From the human T2T-CHM13v2.0 reference genome, Homo sapiens, in NCBI RefSeq assembly GCF_009914755.1, contig NC_060933.1: a stretch of DNA of 64,000 nt; one strand, written 5' to 3'. Each line of letters begins with the position of its first letter. The stretch's first letter is position 1. Position numbers and translations under genes: made by a program. A model generated the notes under the pieces. That model did no database searches. It had not been told where the DNA came from and saw only the letters and a program-made list of their open reading frames with translations. Shown here piece by piece: positions 56,050 through 64,000 of this stretch.

Positions 56050-56305
56050 TTCCATTCCATTCCGGAAGATTCCATTCCATTGCATTCCATTCCATTCCAT
56101 TCCCCTGCACTCACGTTGATTCCATTCCATTCCATTCCATTCCAATCCGGAAGATTCCATTCCGGAAGATTCCATTCCATTGCTTTCCATTCCATTCCAT
56201 TCCCCTGCATTCACGTTGATTCCATTCCATTCCATTCCATTCCATTCCGGAAGATTCCATTCCATTGCATTCCATTCCATTCCATTCCCCTGCACTCACG
56301 TTGAT
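56050..56305 (+). repeat. Three tandem 85-100-bp units carrying the variant TCACGTTG and four GGAAG (HSE-like) words
   Basis: TCACGTTG at 56111, 56211 and 56296; CCGGAAGATTCC at ~56062, ~56147, ~56162 and ~56247. Confidence 0.85.
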
Positions 56306-56365
56306 TCCATTCCATTCCATTCCATTCCATTCCATTCCATTCCATTCCATTCCTTTCCATTCCAT

Positions 56366-58101
56366 TACGGATGATTCCATTCCATTGCATTCCATTCCAT
56401 TCCATTCCCCTGTACTCGGGTTGATTCCATTCCATTCCATTCCAATCCATGCCATTCCACTCGTGTTGATTCCATTCTTTCCATTCCATTCAAGTTGAAT
56501 CCATTCCATTGCATTCCATTCCATTCGATTCCATTCGATTGCACTCGGGTTGATTCCATTCCATTGCATTCCATTCCATTCCATTCCATTCCATTCCGTT
56601 CCATACCATTCCATTACATTCGGATTGATTCTATTCAATTCCCTTACACTCCATTACATTCCATTCCATTCGGGTAGTTTCCATTCCATTCCATTCCATT
56701 CGTCTCCATTCCATTGCACTCGGGGTGATTCCATTCCATTGCATTCCATTCCATTCCATTCAATTCCATTCCGTTCCATTCCATTCCATTACATTCGGAT
56801 TGATTCTATTCAACTCCCTTACTCTCCATTACATTCCATTCCATACGGGTTGTTCCATTCCATTCCATTCCATTCCACTCCATTCCATTGCACTCGGGTT
56901 GATTCCATTCCATTCCATTCCATTCCATTCCATTCCATTCCATTCCGGAAGATTGCATTCCTTTGCATTCCATTCCATTCCATTCCCCTGCACTCGCGTT
57001 GATTCCATTCCATTCCATTCTATTCCATTCCATTCCCTTCCTTTCCGTTCCATTCCATTCCATTCCATTGCATTCCATTCCGTTCCGTTCCATTCCATTC
57101 CATTCCATTCTATTCGGGTTAATTCCATTCCATTCCATTCGATTGCAATCGAGTTGATTGCATTCCATTCCATTCCATTCCATTCCATTCCATTCCATTC
57201 TTTTCCATTCCATTCCATTCCATTCCATTCCTTTCCATTCCATTACGGATGATTCCATTCCATTGCATTCCATTCCATTCCATTCCCCTGTACTCGGGTT
57301 GATTCCATTCTATTCCATTCCAATCCATGCCATTCCACTCGTGTTGATTCCACTCTTTCCATTCCATTCAATTTGAATCCATTCCATTGCATTCCATTCC
57401 ATTCGATTCCATTCGATTACACTCGGGTTGATTCCATTCCATTGCATTCCATTCCATTCCATTCCATTCCATTCCATTCCATTCCATTCCGTTTCATTGC
57501 ATTCCATTACATTCGGATTGATTCTATTCAATTCCCTTACACTCCATTACATTCCATTCCATTCGGGTAGTTTCCATTCCATTCCATTCCATTCCTCTCC
57601 ATTCCATTGCACTCGGGTTGATTCCATTCCATTGCATTCCATTCCATTCCATTCAATTCCATTCCGTTCCATTCCATTCCATTACATTCGGATTGATTCT
57701 ATTCAACTCCCTTACTCTCCATTACATTCCATTCCATTCGGGTTGTTCCATTCCATTCCATTCCATTCCACTCCATTCCATTGCACTCGGGTTGATTCCA
57801 TTCCATTCCATTCCATTCCATTCCATTCCATTCCATTCCGGAAGATTCCATTCCATTGCATTCCATTCCATTCCATTCCCCTGCACTCGCGTTGATTCCA
57901 TTCCATTCCATTCTATTCCATTCCATTCCCTTCCTTTCCGTTCCAATCCATTCCATTCCATTCCATTCCGTTCCGTTCCATTCCATTCCAATCCATTCCA
58001 TTCTATTCGGTTTAATTCCATTCCATTCCATTTGATTGCAATCGAGTTGATTCCATTCCATTCCATTCCATTCCATTCCATTATATTCCTTTCCATTCCA
58101 T
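56366..58101 (+). repeat. Two tandem copies of the ~0.88-kb basic cycle
   Basis: TACGGATGATT at ~56366, ~57244 and ~58102 with the same module order; ORF offset 893 bp (56725/57618). The same cycle occurs at ~913-1803, ~11345-12223-13057, ~38073-38931, ~41203-42031 and ~59998-60862. Confidence 0.82.
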
Positions 58102-59459
58102 TACGGATGATTCCATTCCATTGCATTCCATTCCATTCCATTCCCCTGTACTCGGGTTGATTCCATTCCATTCCATTCCAATCCATGCCATTCCACTCGT
58201 GTTGATTCCATTCTTTCCATTCCATTCAAGTTGAATCCATTCCATTGCATTCCATTCCATTCCATTCCCCTGCAGTCGGGTTGATTCCATTCCATTCCAT
58301 TCCATTCCATTCCATTCCATTCCATTCCGTTCCGTTACATTCCATTCCACTCCATTCTCTTCGGGTTAATTCCATTCAATTCCATTACATTCCATTCCAT
58401 TCCAATCGAGTTGATTCCATTCCACTCCATTCCATTCCATTCCATTCCATTCCACTCCATTCCACTCCTTTCCATTCCATTCCACTCGGGTTGATTCCAA
58501 TGTATTCCTTTCCATTCCATTCCATTCCATTGCAATCGAGTTGATTCCATTGCTTTGCATTCCATTCCATTCCGGATGATTCCATTTCGTTGCATTCCAT
58601 ACCATTCTAATCCCCTGCACTCGGGTTGATTCCATTCCAATCCACTCCATTCCGTTCCATTCCATTCCATTGTATTCGGGTTAATTTCATTCCATTCCAT
58701 TCCATTCCATTCCATTCCATTACAATCGAGTTTATTCCATTCCATTCCATTCCATTCCAGTCCTTTCCATTCCATTCCACTCGGGTTGATTCCATTCTAT
58801 TAGTTTCCATTCCATTCCATTCCCTTCCATTCCACTCTGGTTGATTCCATTCCTTTCCATTCCACTCGAATACATTCCCTCCTATTCCACTCGGAACGAT
58901 TCCATTCCATTCAATTCCAATCCATTCCATTCCATTCCATTCCATTTCGTTCCATTCCATTCTATTCCGTATCATTCCATTCCATTCCATTCCATTCCAT
59001 TCCATTCCATTCCATTGTACTCGGGTTGATTCCATTCCATTGCATTCCATTCCATTCCATTCCATTCCATTCCGTTGCATTCCATTCCATTACATTCGGA
59101 TTCATTCTATTCAACTCCCTTACTCTCCATTACATTCCATTCCATTCGGGTTGTTCCATTCCATTCCATTCCATTCCATTCCATTCCATTTCACTCGGGT
59201 TGATTCCATTCCATTCCATTCCATTCCATTCCATTCAATTCCGGATGATTCCATTCCATTGCATTTCGTTCCATTACATTCCCCTGCTCTCGCGTTGATT
59301 CCATTCCATTCCATTCCATTCCATTCAATCCCATTCCATTACAGTTCGTTCCATTCCATTCTATTCCGTACCATTCCATTCCATTCCATACCATTCCATT
59401 CCATTCCATTCCATTCCATTCGGTTCCATTCCGTTCCATTCCATTCCATTCCGGATGTT

Positions 59460-62400
59460 TCCATTCCATTCCATTCCATTCCATTCCATTCCATTGTACT
59501 CGGGTTGATTCCATTCCATTGCATTCCATTCCATTCCATTACATTCCATTCCGTTGCATTCCATTCCATTACATTCGGATTGATTCTATTCAACTCCCTT
59601 ACTCTCCATTACATTCCATTCCATTCGGGTTTTTCCATTCCATTCCATTCCATTCCGCTCCATTCCATTGCACTCGGGTTGATTCCATTCCATTCAATTC
59701 CATTCCATTCCATTCCATTCCATTCCGGATGATTCCATTTCATTGCATTCCATTCCATTCCATTCCCCTGCACTCGCGTTGATTCCATTCCATTCCATTC
59801 CATTCCATTCCATTCCGTTCCGTTCCATTCCATTCCATTCCATTCCATTCCATTCCATTCCGTTCCTTTCCATTCCATTCCATTCCATTCTATTCGGGTT
59901 AATTCCATTCCATTCCATTCGATAGCAATCGAGTTGATTCCATTCCATTCCATTCCATTCCATTCCATTCCATTCCATTCCATTCCTTTCCATTCCATTA
60001 TGGATGATTCCATTCCATTGCATTCCATTCCATTCCATTCCCCTGTACTCGGGTTGATTCCATTCCATTCCATTCCAAGCCATGCCATTCCACTCGTGTT
60101 GATTCCATTCTTTCCATTCCATTCAAGTTGAATCCATTCCATTGCATTCCATTCCATTCGATTCCATTCGATTGCACTCGGGTTGATTCCATTCCATTGC
60201 ATTCCATTCCATTCCATTCCATTCCATTACATTCCGTTCCATTCCATTCCATTACATTCGGATTGATTCTATTCAATTCCCTTACACTCCATTACATTCC
60301 ATTCCATTCGGGTAGTTTCCATTCCATTCCATTCCATTCCTCTCCATTCCATTGCACTCGGGTTGATTCCATTCCATTGCATTCCATTCCATTCCACTCA
60401 ATTCCATTCCGTTCCATTCCATTCCATTACATTCGGATTGATTCTATTCAACTCCCTTACTCTCCATTACATTCCATTCCATTCGGGTTGTTCCATTCCA
60501 TTCCATTCCATTCCACTCCATTCCATTGCACTCGGGTTGATTCCATTCCATTCCATTCCATTCCATTCCATTCCATTCCATTCCGGAAGATTCCATTCCA
60601 TTGCATTCCATTCCATTCCATTCCCCTGCACTCGCGTTGATTCCATTCCATTCCATTCTATTCCATTCCATTCCCTTCCTTTCCGTTCCATTCCATTCCA
60701 TTCCATTCCATTCCATTCCATTCCATTCCATTCCATTCCGTTCCATTCCATTCCATTCCATTCTTTTCGGGTTAATTCCATTCCATTCCATTCGATTGCA
60801 ATCGAGTTGATTCCATTCCATTCCATTCCATTCCATTCCATTCCATTCCTTTCCATTCCATTACGGATGATTCCATTCCATTGCATTCCATTCCATTCCA
60901 TTCCCCTATACTCGGGTTGATTCCATTCCATTCCATTCCAATCCATGCCATTCCACTCGTGTTGATTCCATTCTTTCCATTCCATTCAAGTTGAATCCAT
61001 TCCATTGCATTCCATTCCATTCGATTCCATTCGATTGCACTCGGGTTGATTCCATTCCATTGCATTCCATTCCATTCCGTTCCATTCCATTCCATTCCGT
61101 TCCATTCCATTTCATTACATTCAGATTGATTCTATTCAATTCCCTTACACTCCATTATATTCCAATCCATTCTGGTTGTCTCCATTCCATTCCATTCCAT
61201 TTCACTCCATTCCATTGCACTCGGGTTGATTCCATTCCATTCCATTACATTCCATTCCGTTCCATTCCGGATGATTCCATTCCATTGCATTCCATTCCAT
61301 TCCATTCCCCTGCACTCGGGTTGATTCCATTCCATTCCATTCCATTACATTCCCTTCCATTCTATTCCATTCCATTCGGATTGATTCTATTCAATTCCCT
61401 TACACTCCATTACATTCCATTCCATTCGGGTAGTTTCCTTTCCATTCCATTCCATTCCTCTCCATTCCATTGCACTCGGGTTGATTCCATTCCATTCCAT
61501 TCCATTCCATTCCATTCCATTACATTCCATTCCATTCCGTTCCATTGTACTCGGGTTGATTCCATTCCATTGCATTCCATTCCATTCCATTCCATTCCAT
61601 TCCATTCCGTTCCATTCCATTACATTCGGATTGATTCTATTCAACTCCCTTACTCTCCATTACATTACATTCCATTCGGGTTGTTCCATTCCATTCCATT
61701 CCATTCCACTCCATTCCATTGCGCTCGGGTTGATTCCATTCCATTGCATTCCATTCCATTCCATTCCATTCCATTCCGGATGATTCCATTCCATTGCATT
61801 CCGTTCCATTACATTCCCCTGCACTCGGGTTGATTCCATTCCATTCCATTCCATTCCATTCGATTCCATTCCATTCCAATTCTTTCCATTCCATTCTATT
61901 CCGTACCATTCCATTCCATTCCATACAATTCCATTCCATTCCATTCCACTCCGTTCCGTTCCGTTCCGTTCTGTTCCGTTCCATTCCATTCCACTCCATT
62001 CTATTCGGTTTAATTCCATTCCATTCCATTCCATTCCATTCCATTCTATTCCATTCCATTGCAATCGAGTTGAATCCATTGCATTCCATTCCATTCCATT
62101 CCATTCCATTGCATTCCGGAAGATTCCATTCCATTGCATTCCATTCCATTCCATTCCATTCCATTCCATTCCATTCCATTCCATTCCATTGTACTCGGGT
62201 TGATTCCATTCCATTGCATTGCATTCCATTCCATTCCATTCCATTCCATTCCGTTCCATTCCATTCCATTACATTCGGATTGATTCTTTTCAACTCCCTT
62301 ACTCTCCATTACATTGCATTCCATTCGGGTAGTTTCCATTCCATTCCATTCCATTCCTCTCCATTCCATTGCATCGGGTTGATTCCATTCCATTCCATTC

Positions 62401-64000
62401 CATTCCATTCCATTCCATTCCATTCCATTCCGGATGATTCCATTCCATTGCATTCCGTTCCATTACATTCCCCTGCACTCGCGTTGATTCCATTCCATTC
62501 CATTCCATTCCATTCAATTCCATTCCATTACAATTCGTTCCATTCCATTCTATTCCGTACCATTCGATTCCATTCCATACCATTCCATTCCATTCCATTC
62601 CGTTCCATTCCGTTCCATTCTGTTCCATTCCATTCCATTCCATTCTATTCGGGTTAATTCCATTCCATTCCATTCCATTCCATTCCATTCTGTTCCATTC
62701 CATTGCATTCGAGTTGAATCCATTGCATTTCATTCCATTCCATTCCATTCCGGAAGATTCCATTCCATTGCATTCCATTCCATTCCATTCCCCTGCACTC
62801 GCGTTGATTCCATTCCATTCCATTCCATTCCATTCCATCCATTCCGTTCCGTTCCGTTCCATTCCATTCCATTCCATTCCATTCCATTCCGTTCCGTTCC
62901 ATTCCATTCCATTCCATTCTATTCGGGTTAATTCCATTCCATTCCATTCGATTGCAATCAAGTTGATTCCATTCCATTCCATTCCATTCCATTCCATTCC
63001 ATTCCATTCCATTCCTTTCCATTCCCTTCCGGATGTTCCCATTCCATTGCATTCCATTCCATTCCATTCCCCTCTACTCGGGTTGATTCCATTGCATTCC
63101 ATTCCAATCCATGCCATTCCACTCGTGTTGATTCCATTCTTTCCATTCCATTCAAGTTGAATCCATTCCATTGCATTCCATTCCATTCGATTCCATTCGA
63201 TTGCACTCGGGTTGATTCCATTCCATTGCATTCCATTCCATTCCATTCCATTCCATTCCATTCCATTCCGTTCCATTCCATTGCATTACATTCGGATTGA
63301 TTCTATTCAATTCCCTTACAATCCATTACATTCCATTCCATTCGGGTAGTTTCCATTCCATTCCATTCCATTCCTCTCCATTCCATTGCACTCGGGTTGA
63401 TTCCATTCCATTGCATTCCATTCCATTCCATTCAATTCCATTCCGTTCCATTCCATTCCATTACATTCGGATTGATTCTATTCAACTCCCTTACTCTCCA
63501 TTACATTCCATTCCATTCGGGTTGTTCCATTCCATTCCATTCCATTCCACTCCATTCCATTGCACTCGGGTTTATTCCATTCCATTCCATTCCATTCCAT
63601 TCCATTCCATTCCATTCCATTCCTTTCCGTTCCATTCCATTCCATTCCATTCCATTCCAATCCATTCCATTCCGTTCCGTTCCGTTCCATTCCATTCCAT
63701 TCCATTCTATTCGGGTTAATTCCATTCCATTCCATTCGATTGCAATCGAGTTGATTCCATTCCATTCCATTCCATTCCATTCCATTCCATTCCATTCCAT
63801 TCCTTTCCATTCCATTACGGATGATTCCATTCCATTGCATTCCATTCCATTCCATTCCCCTGTACTCGGTTTGATTCCATTCCATTGCATTCCAATCCAT
63901 GCCCTTCCACTCATGTTGATTCCATTCTTTCCATTCCATTCAAGTTGAATCCATTCCATTGCATTCCATTCCATTCCATTCCCCTGCAGTCGGGTTGATT
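59460..64000 (+). repeat. Further copy of the ~19.9-24.2 kb segment, including a fourth, window-truncated copy of the 5.8-kb unit
   Basis: GGATGATTCCATTTCATTGC (~20206/~59727), CCATTATGGATG (~20484/~59995), ATTCTTTTCGGG (~60760), GCATCGGG (~62371), GCAATCAAG (~62954), TACAATCC (~63317). Confidence 0.85.

Larger units (their letters stand above)
1..64000 (+). repeat. Satellite III (HSat3) array, C-rich (CATTC)n strand on +, with no interruption or strand switch seen
   Basis: Continuous CATTC pentamers with the classical Sat III spacer CACTCGGGTTGATT (reverse complement AATCAACCCGAGTG) from start to end. Long pure CATTC tracts fit HSat3 rather than the CATTCGATTC-rich HSat2. Confidence 0.97.
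1..64000 (-). ncRNA. Potential template for stress-induced G-rich (GGAAU)n Sat III lncRNA
   Basis: Family knowledge only: Sat III arrays give HSF1/Pol II-dependent G-rich transcripts under stress. No transcript start or end is visible in the sequence. Confidence 0.3.

Noticed and set aside
21-63974. Hundreds of ORFs up to 348 aa (MEWNG repeats on -, HSIPF repeats on +)
   Set aside because: A pure pentamer has no stop codon in any frame on either strand and translates with a 5-residue period. The ORFs overlap in all frames, are bounded only by spacer-word stops, and show no domain or gene structure.
1-64000. CRISPR-like alternation of conserved words and spacers
   Set aside because: The intervening DNA is pentamer repeat, not unique spacer. 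Spacing is irregular, and there is no leader or cas gene.
1-64000. DYZ1 (Y chromosome, ~3.6-kb unit), HSat2, alpha satellite or telomeric repeat
   Set aside because: No regular 3.6-kb or 171-bp period, no TTAGGG tracts, and long pure CATTC runs unlike HSat2. This was judged by eye, not by alignment.
1-64000. Embedded transposon, unique-sequence island or strand inversion
   Set aside because: Every line keeps the CATTC lattice on the + strand. I found no (GGAAT)n tract on +, poly(A) tail, target-site duplication or non-satellite stretch longer than ~40 bp.

Overview
The whole 64-kb window is one uninterrupted, single-orientation array of human-type classical Satellite III (HSat3): a (CATTC)n/(GGAAT)n pentamer backbone interrupted every ~50-100 bp by in-phase spacer words such as CACTCGGGTTGATT, CAATCGAGTTGA, TCGGGTTAATT and CCGGA(T/A)GATT. 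A recurring ~150-bp module resembles, from memory, the pHuR98 Sat III clone, which suggests chromosome 9q12 heterochromatin; this needs alignment to confirm. I see no genes, structural RNA genes, transposons or CRISPR arrays, and every ORF in the track is an MEWNG/HSIPF repeat artefact. The information is in the architecture: a small vocabulary of modules in a fixed order, a ~0.88-kb basic cycle, local duplications of ~0.67, ~2.65 and ~5.8 kb, and a ~28.5-29.4-kb long-range duplication (about 8.5-26.7 kb vs 37.3-55.2 kb). About 110 pentamer-register shifts all go the same way (-1 mod 5). The most functional-looking signal is ATTCCGGAAGATTCC, a perfect three-unit heat-shock element present roughly 45 times, beside a one-base mismatch allele (GGATG). 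All counts and boundaries are by eye and approximate, and nothing here proves a novel system.
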